In this document: piece after piece, positions 1-13,947 of the stretch
How the letters are laid out: every line of letters starts with the position of its first letter
Position numbering within the stretch: position 1 is the stretch's first letter
The notes under the pieces: model-generated
What the model saw: only the letters and a program-made list of their open reading frames with translations
Database searches by the model: none
What the model was told of the DNA's origin: nothing
Source of the DNA: Octopus sinensis
Taxonomy: Eukaryota
Reading direction: 5' to 3'
Assembly (NCBI RefSeq): GCF_006345805.1
Contig: NW_021833022.1
Span: 1-64,000 of the forward strand
Length of the DNA: 64,000 nucleotides
Program-made: the position numbers and the translations under genes

Positions 1-8
1 AGAGGAAG

Positions 9-159
9 TGTGTGTGTGTGTGTATATATATGATAGGCTTCTTTCAGTTTCCACCCTAGGTTAAAGTAGAAGACACTTGCCCAAGGTGCCACATAGTGGA
101 CTGAACCTGGAACCATGTGGTTGGGAAGAAAGCTTCTTACCACACAGCCATGCCTGCCT
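9..159 (-). mobile_element. tRNA-head SINE, family A (GCTGTGTGGTAAGAAG..GGTTCAGTCCCAC..GAAACTGAAAGAAGCC)
   Basis: A/B-box-like head and shared body. Other copies at about 4717-4932(-), 6735-7050(+), 9305-9665(+), 14720-15000(+), 15585-15990(+), 20080-20195(-), 22330-22545(+), 26985-27285(+), 34410-34700(-), 46140-46290(+), 58320-58440(-). Confidence 0.8.
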
Positions 160-1936
160 TTATATGTGTGTTGTTTACGTAGGTGCCTAGCATTGAGAAG
201 CTCAACAAAGATGAAATGTGTCTAGTTCTTGTGAGCCACTGTGGTGATATAAGTTGTGATTTTAATGCAACAAGTTTGTGAAGAGATTTTATCTCAGACA
301 AGTCCTCACCTTCATACTTTCTAACAAACAGTATTATACATTTTGTATGATACACAGATGGCAATTTTTATATATTTTAAAAATATATTTATACATTTAA
401 TATATTTTATATATTTTTTGTTTTAGTTTTGAAAGACTGATTTAAAATTGTAAGTTTATTTTTAACATCTTACCATTCTCTTTTATCTCTTGCTGCACAT
501 TGGCAGAGGTATTCCATGTTGGCTAGGATTCCTCACAGTATCTATTCTGACTCTCTGCACTGTGAGTTCAAATCCCACCTAGGTCAACTTAGCCTTTCAT
601 TCTTTTGGGACCAATAAAGAAGCATCAATCGAGGAAGATGACTTGGTGAAAGTGTTAGACAATTGGGTGAAATTCTTGTGGAATCTGTATAAACTTTTTT
701 GTGTTTTGATAGCAATGCCTGCATTGGAACTGGTTCCAAGCTGTATTGGCCAAAATAAGCAATCTTTCTTTTGGATAAACACTAGTTGTATGGATCGACT
801 TGCATGCATGGGCAATTGCTAGTTTTATTTTCAAGAACACTTGCTCAAACCTACACGTATATATTGTAGATATATGATCAGCATTGACTGATAGAAGATC
901 TATGCATTCTGAAATGTTGCCATCAAAGATATTATCTAAAAGGACTTCCTATTTGTAGCATGTTACCTAGGACTTTGGAGAGAATGCATTAAAAAATTTT
1001 GGCATGCTTTCAACTGAATTAAGAAACAGACTGATTAAAGTATAGTTCTGATATTTGCTGCTCTAAACTGAAAGATGAGAATGTATTAAACGACAGCCAC
1101 AAAGAATGTTCATATATACTGAGGTTATGTGAAATCAGATTTTTAAATTTCTTTTGTGAGCTGGTAGTAATTCGCAAAAATTAGAAATTATCTTCGTCAT
1201 TATGTTATATAATAGAGTTGCAAGTGGGCAGAATTGTTATTGCACCGGACGAGATGCTTCGTGATATTTTTTCTGCTTTTTTACATTCTGAGTTCAAATA
1301 CTACCGAGGTCAAGACTGGATTTAAACCATGGTGGAGGTGGTGCAGGGGGGAGGAGGGGGGCACGGCACTTCATGTTCAGTGGGCTCCTTATACACAAGA
1401 ATTGAAATCTTAGAAAATTACCATATTTAAATCTCAAAACCCATCTATTTCAAATAATTGAATTTCATGAGTTAGTGGAGAAACTGAAAATAAATGACTG
1501 AAAATGTCGCTTTATAGATACAGTTTTTCAGAATTCAAATTTTGTTGTTCACACATCCACTTGCAATGTTTGACTTTTCCTTCATTTTGAAAAGTACAAT
1601 GAAGGAGAAAAGAGTGGGGTAAGAGTTTTTTTCTTTTAATGTGAGTTACATATGTTTCAGAATGTAACTTTGATAACTTTTGGCCAGTATAGGCCCAGGC
1701 CATGTCTAACTTAATAGCACCACCTGGTAAAATAAGATAAAATGACAGAAAATTATGAAAAAGAAAAAAATCATTTGTTGTTCCAAAGGTATGATGATTG
1801 TGGGTGGGACCATGGGTAGAGACAAAAACCGAGAAATTCAAACACCTATTTCCAAAAGTCTGCTTTTCCAGTTTCCAGTAAGTGTAGGTGGGGCACAATG
1901 AGTAATAATTACTGCATTTTTGACTTTGAAGTAAAT

Positions 1937-3679
1937 ATCATCATCATCATTGTTTAACTTCGGCTTTCCATGCTGGCATGGGTTCAATGGTTTGTGAGCC
2001 CCAATGTCTGACAGTCTTGCTTCACCACCTCATCACATGTGTTCCTGGGTCTACCTCTTCCACAGGTTCCCTCCACTGTTAGGGTGTGACACTTCTTCAC
2101 ACAGCTGTCCTCATCCATATGCAACACATGACTATACTAGCGCAGTAGTCTCTTTTGCACAATACATCTGATGCTTCTTATGTCTAACTTTTGACTCAGG
2201 GCACTTTCACTTTGTCGTGTATGCAGACTGACATTACTCATCCAATGGAGCATACTAGCTTCATGTCTTTCAAGCCTACACATGTCCTCAGCAGTCACAG
2301 CCCATGTTTTACTGCCATGTAGCATGGCTGTTCACACACATGCATCATGCAGTCTACCTTTCACTCTGAACGAGAGGCCCTTTGTTACCAGCAGAGATAG
2401 GAGCTCTCTGAACTTTTCCCAGGCTATTCTTATTCTAGTAGCTATGCTCTCAGAGCGTCCACCCCCACTACTGACTTGGTCATCTAGGTAACAGAAGCTT
2501 TCAACTACTTTTAGTTTTTCCCCCTGACATGTGATGGAATCTGCTTTCTGTACATCTTTAGTGTTTATTACTCCTGTGCATCTGCCACACACAAAAACTA
2601 TCTTCTCAGTTAACTTTCCTTTGGTATTGCTGCACCTGTTATGTATCCATAGCTTACCCCAGGTACATCTTATGGAGTTTCTACAGATAAAGCAGGGCCA
2701 TCTACCTGAAGGGATTTGTGATTTGTCTGCCTTCCTACTTATTAAGACTTTTGTTTTTGCTAGATTGACTTTAAGGGCCTTCGTTTCTAGACCTTGCTTC
2801 CTCACCTGAAACCTCACTAGTTCTGGTAGTGACTCAGCTATCAGAGCAAGGTCATCAGCATAGAGTAGCTCCCAGAGGCAGCCTGTTTTCAATTCCTCTA
2901 TTATTGCCTGGAGGACAATGATGAATAAGAGGGGGCTGAGGACTGATCCTTGTTGGACTCCTACCCAGAATTCTTCACCATACTCATTGCCAACCCTAAC
3001 CTTACTCCACACCATCCCTGTCCATGGCTTGTACAGCTCTCACCAACCACTATCTGTTCCTAGTTTCTGCATTGACTACCAAATAAGGGATCGTGGAACC
3101 CTGTCAAAGGTTTTCTCCATGTCAATGAAAGCCAAGTACAGAGGTTTATCTTTGGCTGGGAATTTCTCCTGTAGCTGTCTTATCAGACACATAGCATCAG
3201 TGGTACTTTTCCCTGGCACAAACCCAAACTTCATCTCATCTAAACTAATTTTCTCCCTATTTAGTTGGGTTATCACCCTCTCTGTGACTTTCAACACCTG
3301 ATCCAACAATTTGATACCTTTGTAATTATTCCTATCTAATGCATAACCTTTACCTTTGTAGCAGTTGACTATGGTGCTGCTACACCAGTCATTGGGTATG
3401 TCTCCTTCATGTATCACCTGGTTGCCTATACGGGTGACTAGACTATAGTCTACACTGCCAGATATTTTGAGCATCTCGGCAAGGATTCCTGATGGGCCAG
3501 GGGCTTTCCCTGTCTTCATACCCGTAATTGCTTTATCTACCAAGGTACTGTCAATTTGAATAGCTGGTCCTACTATTGAATCAACATTTTGCTGACTCGT
3601 TTTCTCCCATTCATTCTCTTCATTTAGCAACCTTTTGTAGTGGTGTCTCCAAGTATTTCTGCAGTATCATTAAATGCAA
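1937..3679 (-). mobile_element. RTE-clade LINE, 5'-truncated, 3' end intact
   Basis: ORFs 3076-3630, 2332-3015 and 2137-2325 give KGKG..NY.GIKLL, QGSVLSPLLF, LYADD, F.YL and GSETW motifs; (TGA)n tail at 1937-1950. Confidence 0.93.
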
Positions 3680-6454
3680 TATATTTTTTACAAATGTTCA
3701 CTACCTTGCGAAAACTATATCAGCGAAGTAAAGATCTTCTCTAAATGCAGTAAAGCCTATAACATATTCAGAACACTATTTCAGAAAATTATCACTATTC
3801 TATTTGAGCATATAAAAGACAAATTTAGGCAGGGAAAAATGGGTAAGACATGACACAGTAAATATGCCCTTCCAGTTCCCCAGAATTAATTTTGAAAAAA
3901 TAGTCATACATCCATCCTTAGACATCAGAAATGCAACAAAATTTAAAATATCTTGGTCAAATGAAAGATGAGGAAGATAAAATAGCTCATAATATGAAAA
4001 TAATGAAACACCAGTAAGTCTAAAAACTCAACATAAAATATTCTTTATAGCTTTTTTGCTAAAAATTATCCAAATATTTTGAGGAAAAATTTCTTTATAC
4101 TCACAGATACATACATACATACACACACACATGCACACACATACACACACGCACACAATCACACACACATTCAGGAGTGTTCTGTTGTTTCCCTTTTATC
4201 TGTTGTCCCCAAAACAGCTACAATTCCGAAAGGGAAATTGTAAGTGCTTTGGGACTGGGTAAGTTGTGTTTTAATTGGCTTATTTGGTGTCTCTGCAGTT
4301 GCAAAAATCTATGGGTATTTATCATGAAAGAGAATCCATTCCATTTTTTAAGAAGTCAAGAAACCTTTGTATATTGAAAGAGAGCCTCATCATACCTGAT
4401 TACTGAGAGGTGGTTGGTCTTCCTGTATTGATTTCTATATACCTTTCCTAGCAACCCCACCCCCCACACAAATACCTAGATGCCTGAGGCAATTGCCCCC
4501 TCCACACCCCTATAAATCTGGCCCTGGCCAAGGTCAACTTTTACATGGTGCAAAGTAGGTGCTTTTTATATGGTGCCGACATGGTTGCTTTTTCATGGTA
4601 CTGGCATGCACGATGTCTATGTGGTACCAGCATGGCTGCTTTTTACGTGGTTTCTACTCATATTTTCCTACTCTCTGTTGCCAAACTGCTACTTTATGTG
4701 AATGTACAGAAACTGCCAGTTGTCAAACAGTTGCAGTGGGACAAATACACACACACACAAATCTATATGAAGGGCTTGTTTTCAGTTTGCATTTTCCAAA
4801 TCCACTCACAAGACTTCGGTTGGCTTAGGGCTATAGTAGAAGACATTTGCCCAAAGTGCCACTCAGTGGGAATGAACCTGGAGCCATGTGGTTGGGAAGC
4901 AAATTTCTTACCACACAGCTACACCAGCACCTAGACAATAACTTTGAATGAGCAAATTTTAAGGAATATCTCAGGTAATAAATACAATACTGTATTAAGA
5001 ATAGGAGGTGAAAACTGAACTAAAATATCTTTAGTTAGTGATTGATGATTGCAGATTGTCTAAGAAAGCTATGATATTATAGGATTAAGATTTGTTTAAT
5101 GGAGCTTGGGTTTAAGAAGATTAATGTTCAAAGATAGATATAAATGTAAAGATATAATTATTTCATTAATCTGTGTCTAAAACTATCGAAATATGCATAT
5201 TTGATATAAAAACTAATATTGCATTGTTACTATTTATTTCTGACCATTATTTCTATTATTTTATTTTTGTTATAGAAAGAATGCCCTCACTATAACTTCA
5301 CAGTTATCACAAAAACAAATATTAGACTAATTTCTCTCTAAATTATGTTTTTAATGCTGTGTGATTCAACTCCAAGAAAAATTTAATTGTAATGAATTAG
5401 TTTGAATGTACAGTTGATTATACCTGTATCAGCATTACAGTACAACACATACTTGGTACCATACTTATAAATTTATTAAACTCTTTTGTTTAGCAACTCA
5501 AAGCATTAGATATTTAATCAAAATCCTTTAATCTGTTAATTATGGATTCTCTTCAGCCATTTACATTTGTAAAGCCAAACTGGTCATTTACTTCTCTGAT
5601 GGCCTTGAGGGTTAATTTATTTTGTACCTATCAGGAAATACTGCATACAGATGGTTCATAATCATCATCATCAATTTAATGTCTACTTTGTGCTTGCTTA
5701 GGTCAGATGTAATTTGTTGAGGCAGATTTTCTATACCCAGATACCCTCTTGTCACTCAACCCTTTCCTGTTCCCAAGCAAGATATTTCCCCATGGCTAAA
5801 TTTGTTTTCATGGAAGACTAGAAACAAGGGACTCTGCTTGTCTTTAACTATCTTGCAATGTCAAGACAAGGAGACAGATAGACAGACACATGCACATACG
5901 CATGCGTGCGCACACACACACACATGCACAAACACTGTTTGTCTCTCAGATTCAGGAAGGCAGTTCTGCAGTTCCTTGCTGAATAACCTGCACAGATAAT
6001 TTGTTTATAGTGATCAAAAGTTTGTTGTTATAAATTAGCTCACTTCCTCCATCAAACTGACATTACCTGTACAGGTGCATAGTGTGCTGTGCATATGTAT
6101 CAAAGAAATTGCAGAGCAATGTGAGATGAAGTGTTTTGCTGAAAAACATAATGCACTTCCCTGTTTTGCAATCACACCCATGGATCTTTCGCTCATGAGT
6201 GCAACACCTTAACCACTGGGCCATCATCATCATTTAATGTCCATTGCCCATGCTGGCATGGGTTGGACTATTTGACTGGGCTTGCACGCTGGAATGCTGC
6301 ACCAGAATCTAGTCTGATTTGCCATGGTTTTCTATGGTTGGATGCCCTTCCTAATGCCAACCACTCTGAGAGTTTTTATGGGTACATTTATGTGACACCA
6401 GTATATATATATATATATTTATATATTTATATATACGTATATATATATATACAC

Positions 6455-6508
<54 letters not shown>

Positions 6509-6560
6509 ATATATGTGATGATGATGATGATGATATGTATATATATATATATATATATAT

Positions 6561-6735
6561 CGTGCATGGCCTAGTGGTTAGGGAATTCAGCTCGCGATTG
6601 TAGGGTCACAAGTTTGATTCCTAGCAGCACATTGTTTCTTTGAGCAAGACATTATATTTCACATTACTCCGGTCCATTCAGCTGGCAAAAATGATTAGTA
6701 CCTGTATTTCCAGGGGCTAGCCTTGTCACATTTGT
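6561..6735 (+). mobile_element. tRNA-head SINE, family C (GGCCTAGTGGTTAGGG..CTTGAGCAAGAC..GCTCCAGTCCACTCAGCTG)
   Basis: Other copies at about 6060-6222(-), 11455-11680, 20725-20830, 28238-28525, 31850-32060(-), 49708-49850, 50290-50625(-). Confidence 0.75.
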
Positions 6736-6816
6736 ACTATAGCCTCAGGCCAACAAAGCCTTGTGAGTGGATTTGGTAGACAGAAACTGAAAGACGCCTG
6801 TTGTATATATATAAAA

Positions 6817-6865
<49 letters not shown>

Positions 6866-7154
6866 TGCATCTGTGTTTGTCTCCCTACTATCTCTTGACA
6901 ACCGATATTGGTGTGTTTACATCCCTGTAACTTAGCAGTTTGGCAAAATGAATGATAGAATAAGTACTAGGCTAACAAATTTGTCCAGTAAAAAGTAGTG
7001 TTCCAGCATGGCCACAGCCAAATGATTGAAACAAATAAAAGAATATATATATGATGGACTTTTTTCAGTTTCCATCTGCCAAATCCACTCTCAAGACATT
7101 GGTTAGCCCGGGGCAACAGCAGAAGCCACTTGTACGTAGTACCATGACGTGGGA

Positions 7155-7539
7155 TTATACCTGAAAAAGACTGGTGCAAGTGTGAAGGCAGAACACCTAC
7201 ATAAATCAGCATTGCTTGGAACTGCAAGAATCTTTGCAGGGTTCTTGAAGCATCACCAGTAAATAAGTGTCACTTTAGTCTGCTGGCTGTGGACGATGGT
7301 GATGATGGTGGTGGCAGCAGCGGTGACGGCAGTGGTGGTGATGATGATGATGATGATGATGATATTAAAACTCACATTGTTGACCTGCAGAAACGTACCA
7401 TCCTATCTTCTGCAATAATTCTAAGGAAGATTCTCAAGATTTGAGGAGACTTGTTACTAAACCTCAAGATAAAATAACTTCTAACTAAATTAACATGCAC
7501 TAGCGAAGTAGTAGTAGTAGTAGCAGCTGTAGCAGTAAC

Positions 7540-7573
<34 letters not shown>

Positions 7574-7925
7574 ATAGTAGTAGTAGTAGTAGTAGTAGTC
7601 ATCCCACAGCAGGATGGAGGATGTGGTCTGATGCAGCTGCAACAGTCTCTTAAGTCAGTAATTATAGGAGTAGATGCCCATCTAAAGAACACCGATGACT
7701 GGGTGCTTAAACTTGTCTACAAGTATGAAAGTTCTAAGAATCTACACCCAATATCAGAAGGTGCAAAGAAATATATTTAAAAAATCACTGAGACTGAAAC
7801 ACAACTTGATGGAACAGAAGAAACTATTGTGACAACAAAACAAACAAAAGCACAAACCAAATCAAATGGAATCTCAGAGCTGCATAACAGATGGAAAAGT
7901 AAGGCATTACATGATAATGTTGGGT
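7155..7925 (+). mobile_element. Stack of three R4/Dong-like (restriction-like endonuclease) LINE fragments
   Basis: 7155-7262 HKSALLGTARIF..*, then (GAT)n; 7364-7444 DLQKRTILSSAIILRKILKI*, then (GTA)n; 7601-7925 PQQDGGCGLMQL..DDWVLKLV..WKSKALH. Confidence 0.65.
7508..7600. repeat. (GTA)n trinucleotide tract
   Basis: Direct reading; source of the poly-T ORF 7372-7692. Confidence 0.95.
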
Positions 7926-9731
7926 CTCCCAAAAGCTTTAATGTACTAAAAATATTTTCCTTAGTATTTGCTGTTGAAAATGTGGTGCATCTAATATGCC
8001 TTTGCTTCTTTTCTGCCATCAGCTATGGTGCGTAAATTTCTGAGTGTAAGTTGCATATCTGATTTGCATATACACAATAAATGTGAGCAACAACTGAGTG
8101 ATGGACTTTAGGGTAACCCATTTATATAAGGTAGAACACAAAAGATTAAGGAACAATAACTGAAATACTAGAGAAAATAGCGATAATCCTTAGATCACTT
8201 AGTCTGAATACATTTGAGGTCAAATTTTAGTTTTTTTCTGTATGTTAAACAAACATACTGCTAAGTTAAAGAATCCTGTATGAGAACAACAAAAGATAAG
8301 TATCAACATAACCACTATTGTTAACAATATTATGATGATGAAGCACTACCTTAAATACCCTTCAGGATTTAATTTTGTCCATATTTCACTTTTATCCCAA
8401 GTGAAGTATAATAATCTTTGCAGAATTCTCAGCATTATGCCATTGTTAGGGCTCATCATCATTTTTCTAAATTTTCTTTTTTTCTTTCTCTGTATCTACT
8501 GATGCTATCATCATCATCATCATTTAATCTCCATGTTCCTGGGCAGTTTGTCAAAATCTGACGAGCTCCAGTGTCTGCTTAGCTTGGTTTTTATGGCTGG
8601 ATGCCCTTCCTAAAACCAACCACTTTACAGCATGTACTGGATGCTTTTTACAAGTCACCAGCTTTATTAGGATCACCATGCTGCTTGAAAGACTATAAAC
8701 CCTGAGGGGTGGGAGATTGGTTTTATACTAGGAGATAATGGTTTAAAGTATGAGAGAGTGCACAAAGCAGTTTCTTGCTTTGGAGGAACTATATAGTTAT
8801 TTATATTGAGAAAAAAGGGTGAAAACTATCAATACAAGCTGCTAAAAAATAAATAGTGGTGATGAGATGTTCTGGTGGCTCCTCAAGGCACAAAGGTACT
8901 AAGTGAGTAGGACTGGGGACCAAAGAAATATGAGTGTGGATGGGTGGTTTGTAGGAGTGTAGGAGTGGAGCAAGAGATGGGGGAATAGAAAAGGGAAAGG
9001 GAGTTAGGCAACATCTGTAAAGATCAGGTAGGGTTGAAGGTTGGGTGTAGAGTGGGGTGGTTCATAAATGAGATTATTGTTCTCAGTAGCAGTGCATTTT
9101 ATGAGACTTCATCCTGTTTTAACCAACTACCACTAGATTACAAAAGACAACAATTTGAAGTACAGATCAACAGAATAAAATCATATTTGTATATTTTCTG
9201 AGTTATATTCTCAAAGGAACCTTTCACATCTGGAATTGTTTAAGGAAATGTAAATTAGGTTGAAATATTCCAAAATATAACTTTACTACCCAGAAAATAT
9301 TTATAATAGGTGCAAACATGGCTGTGTGGTTAAGAAGCTTGCTTTCCAACCATGTGTCTTGAGTTCAGTCCCACTGTCTGCACCTTGGGCAAGTGTCTAT
9401 AGCTCTGAGCCAATCAAAATCTTGTGAGTGGATTTGGCTGACAGAAACTGAAAGACATCCTCCATGTGTGTGTGTGTGTGTGTGTGTGTGTACCTTTGTC
9501 AAACATCATCGTCATGCAATACTGTTCATTTCCAGTCTTCTTTGGAATAACATATCTGACCATAGGAAATATTACCTAGCCTAGAAACAGGTGAGAGCTG
9601 GCCATAGAAAAGGCGTCTGTTTGTAGAAAATTCTGCCTCAACAAATTCGGTCTGATCCATCCAAATACACATTGGCTCTCTGGATTTGTTTCAATGCAAA
9701 CATTAATGGTTTTAGTTTCATTGCTATAGAA

Positions 9732-9983
9732 CAGTGGTTCTCAAGCATTTTTTACCTATGGACCCTTTTCTTTCCTATTTTATTCAGATGGGCCTCATAA
9801 TCATTTGAAGTTTTAAAAATCTTATTATATTTTTATAATTAAATAATATTAAGAATTATATTAAAAAATTCTTAAAATGTTTTGTTTATTGTAGAAGTAT
9901 AATCAATTTATTGCACATAATTTTAGCAACAAAATCTTATGTAGACCCCCAAGGGTCATGTGGACCCCATTTGAGAACCACTA
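9732..9983. mobile_element. hAT/Charlie-like MITE
   Basis: CAGTGGTTCTCAA ... TTGAGAACCACTA TIRs; a partial copy lies at about 29005-29170. Confidence 0.75.
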
Positions 9984-10133
9984 ATCTATAGCTGAAGGAC
10001 CTGTGAAGGCCAGGGACACTGCCCTTTCCACCACACCCAAGAAGTAAAAGCACAAACAAAATCCAAAACAAACCACAAGATGATTTTCAATTCTACATAA
10101 TGTTTAACAAGTTTTCATTTATTGCTTCTTCAG

Positions 10134-10230
10134 GAATTTTACAGTAGAATTTAAAATGAAACATGTACCATGGTATAGAATAATGCTGTCCTTAGCAGTG
10201 GTTGCATTTTGGTATCTTGCAACTTTAGTG
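10134..10230 (+). CDS. GDPD5: GDPD exon: (W)[32 protein letters not shown] (TM segment)
   Basis: ttcttcag acceptor, gtaagt donor, 97 nt open; hydrophobic helix in the position of GDE2 TM2. Confidence 0.82.
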
Positions 10231-13200
10231 GTAAGTTGCTTTCACTTTTACATTATTTTTCTAGTTCACAGAAATAACAATAGAAAAATATAATTTAGCT
10301 ATGTTAGATCACTAGATTTAGAGTACATGATACAACAATTTTACTTGTGATATATGTATGTATATTTCCTTCAGTTTGTATTTAACTTTTAGTTTTATTT
10401 TGTGTACTGCATTATAATGAACTGTAATGACTCCTTGCTGTAGATGTATGGTCAATTGATGAGAAAGGGTTGTAATGTAACAATTTGTGTAATGAAGTTT
10501 ACAATGTAAACGTCTACTTACCAGACCAAATGTGAAAATGTAAATACATCTTTAACCATAATGAACATTAAAGGGCTGATGCATATTGCCAGCTTTATGA
10601 TATTAAACAGACAATAGAGAAATCTTCTGTCCTGGATAAGTAACATTTCTAGATAATTTGATATCTATTCCCAACATATAAATGAACTTTGATAATGTAC
10701 AATAAAACATTCTATTCTGAAACACGGCAAAAACACTTGAAACAGACTTATGATGAAACAGACAACAGAGAAATCTTCTCTCCTGGATAAGTAACATTTC
10801 TAGATAATTTGGTATCTATTCCCAACATCTAAATGAACTTTGATAATGACCAATAAAACATTCTACTCTGAAACACTGCAAAACCTCTTGAAACAGACTC
10901 AACCCACTCATAGCTCATGTCATGTACACACTGCCATTTCACTTCTATAAGTACCAGAGGAGAAGTCATAGAACTAATACAGTCAACCTTAGTATAGTAC
11001 TAGTACTTAGTAGTTTCTACTTGCATTTAAGTGAACTGGGCATTTCAGAGTTAAGTCTCTCTGTCAGCCATGCAGCACATTGTTAATGATTGTTTATGGA
11101 CTACTGTCATTTTTTGTTGAGGTAAATTATATGTAGCTGGATGCTTTTGCAATCACCAACCCTCAACTGTATCAAAGCAAGGTAAAATTTCCTTTAATTC
11201 TTCAAACAACATATGGACTGGACATGTTTTCATAGAAGATTGCAAACTAATGATATCACTTGTATGATGATGATGATGTTTGTGGCCAACAATTTGCCCA
11301 CAAAGCTTTGGTCAGCTCAGAACTATAGTTGGAGAACGCTGACCTGAAGTGCCATGAAACCAAAATCACATGGTTGGGAAGTGAACTTCTCAATCATATC
11401 GCCATGAAAATAAATACACACACAAACATGTGTGTGTGTAACCACATGTCCCAGTTGTTATGGTGTTGTACACGATTGCAAAATTGTGATTTTGATTCTT
11501 GGACCAGTGGTGCATTGTGTTCTTGAGCAAAACACATCATTTCATGTTGCTCCAGTCCACTCAGCTGTAAATGTGTAATCCTGCAGTGGACTAGTGTCCC
11601 ATTCAGGTGGAATGTTGGCTTGCCCACCTGGCCAGTGGGGTGGCATCATTCGTAAGCTACAACAGTCCAAGGAAGCACATTGTAATCAACAATGTATAAC
11701 AAAATCCAACATTCATGTCATTACAGTGATTATACACACACACACACACACACTTTATTTGTAGGTTAACAAGGCTGCCAGTGAAGAGATTTTCACAGTT
11801 GTTAAAGTGAACCACATGGAAGTGTTGGTACTTATCTCCATTTTGGAACAAATATGAGGATCTCTTCACATGAAACAATTGGTATCTTTGTTAACTCATA
11901 AATGAAAAAAATTCATCCACCAACGCATGGTTGAGCACTCATTCTCAATATTCAATATAAGCATAGGAGTCTCTGGGATGACAGGGGACTGAGACTCCTG
12001 GAGGTTTGCTGTGCTTGAGAAGACACATCAAGCTAAGCAAAATTGTGGCTGTCCTTGCATACAGGTATGAATGCTGCATCCCTCTCTAGCTGTACATTCC
12101 TAGTCATATAGGCTTATAGGTGCTAGTCCCATGTAAAAAGCACCTATACTGGTACTATGTAAATGCACTTGTGCTGGAGCTACATAAAAGCACTCCAAAC
12201 ACTCTATAAAGTGATTGGCATTAGGAAGGATATCTAGCTGTAAGAAACCATGACAAAATAGCCTTGGAGCCTTGTGCAGCTCTTCAGCTGGCCAGCTCCT
12301 ATCAAACGGTCCTACACATGCCAGCATGGAAAACGGATGTTAAATGATGATAATGAAATATATATATATGTTCTGTGCAGCCAATACAAGCATGGAAAAG
12401 ATGTACAAATGCACAAATTTTATTGTTCAAACTAATTAAAAATACAAAACAAAATGAAAAAGTTTTATCGCTAGAGATGGAATTATTTTTAATCTCAGTG
12501 TAGCGATGTGTTTTATTTTTATGAATCTTGTTCACAACCTTCTTCCAAATGTGTTTTAATATCATGGAGAAGGAAGAAAGATAGACCATTGTTTATTGTA
12601 ATGCTATGACTTTTTATGATCTCAATATACAGTCAAGTCCAAGGTCAGATCAAGATAGAAATTCATTTATACAGTGGTTACTGGTCACAGCATTTTTCAT
12701 TCAGTATCTTTACCTAAAGTTAGGTCTTGAAGATTATTAAATTATCTTTGTTACGAGTTGAAGTTCTCATAATTTTCAGCAACATTATTTTCATCCTAGA
12801 AGCTAATATGAAGTAAATGTATTGCTGTCTTTGTATGTTATGACAGCAGAATGTGACAAAACTTGCCTCTGTAAACAATGCTTTCAAATAGATATGTATT
12901 ATTTATTGTTCCAACATCGCATAGTAGCAAGATATAGACTATATAACCAGTTGCTGCTTCAAACTGTCAGAAGGATGTTATCTTTCCCATAAAACGTGAT
13001 GTTATTATAAAGACAGTATATATATAATATACAATATACAATTTCAATTCATCCAGAAGAACTGGTTTGGTTAGAAGTGCCTATCACCTCACAATAATAT
13101 AAAATACATTGATATTTTTAAACAAATGAAATATTGATGAAACAGTAAGCTGGTTGATCATGTTTTATACCTTTCACTTGCAATACCACCTCATTATTCT

Positions 13201-13610
13201 AGGGGGAATATAAAATCATGATCCTACTGTAGTATTTTGAAATATTAAACAAGGAGAAAAGATAATACTCTCTTTAATTGCTTCTTAACATTATTACTTA
13301 TTTGTCTGTAATGATGATTAAGACAGTTGTAGAGTATAAAAATGGTATTTATAACATTTATTTTGAGGTTAGATATTTTAAGCCAAAATTTGACACAGCA
13401 GTGACAAAGAGGTCCATTGGTAGGACACAACCACATACGTATTTTTTTGCTAAGTGACATCTGATGGCTATACTACTTCTAGCAAGTTGTGTACCATGTA
13501 AAGGTTCCTTCATTGGTTTGTAACAGATATACAAATATATATGTGTGTGTGTGTGCGTGTTTGTATAGGTATATATATGTGTGTGTATATACATGTATAT
13601 ATGAGTGTGT

Positions 13611-13674
<64 letters not shown>

Positions 13675-13889
13675 GGAGATAAAGGAAACATTTATAACAA
13701 AATATTCATTCACTGTATGTCAACAGCAAGATCTGCATTGATATTGACATCATCTAAAATATTTAACAGTAAAGTCTATGTATGAGAAGAAATGTCATGA
13801 TGCGTCAGTTTTTCCTAGTTCACACTGAATTCTAAAGTGCTTGTAATATTGGTGTGTGTGTGTGTATAATGTTTGTGCATGTGTGTATA

Positions 13890-13947
<58 letters not shown>

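Noticed and set aside
2282-3301. + strand ORFs over the RTE (also 39577-40979)
   Set aside because: Antisense to LINE coding sequence
1532-4013. AG..GT-bounded phase-2 segments (1532-1618, about 1741-1787, 3922-4013) as the missing GDPD upstream exon
   Set aside because: Open and phase-compatible, but no resemblance to the GDE2/3 N-terminus or TM1; such signals are common by chance in AT-rich DNA
6263-6574. ORFs rich in YI, CV or TH repeats (also 13479-14174, 42423-42878, 43345-43566, 56988-57236)
   Set aside because: Translations of (AT)n, (GT)n and (CA)n microsatellites
9307-9380. tRNA-like A/B box sequences
   Set aside because: SINE heads continuous with SINE bodies; no complete cloverleaf, so no tRNA gene is called
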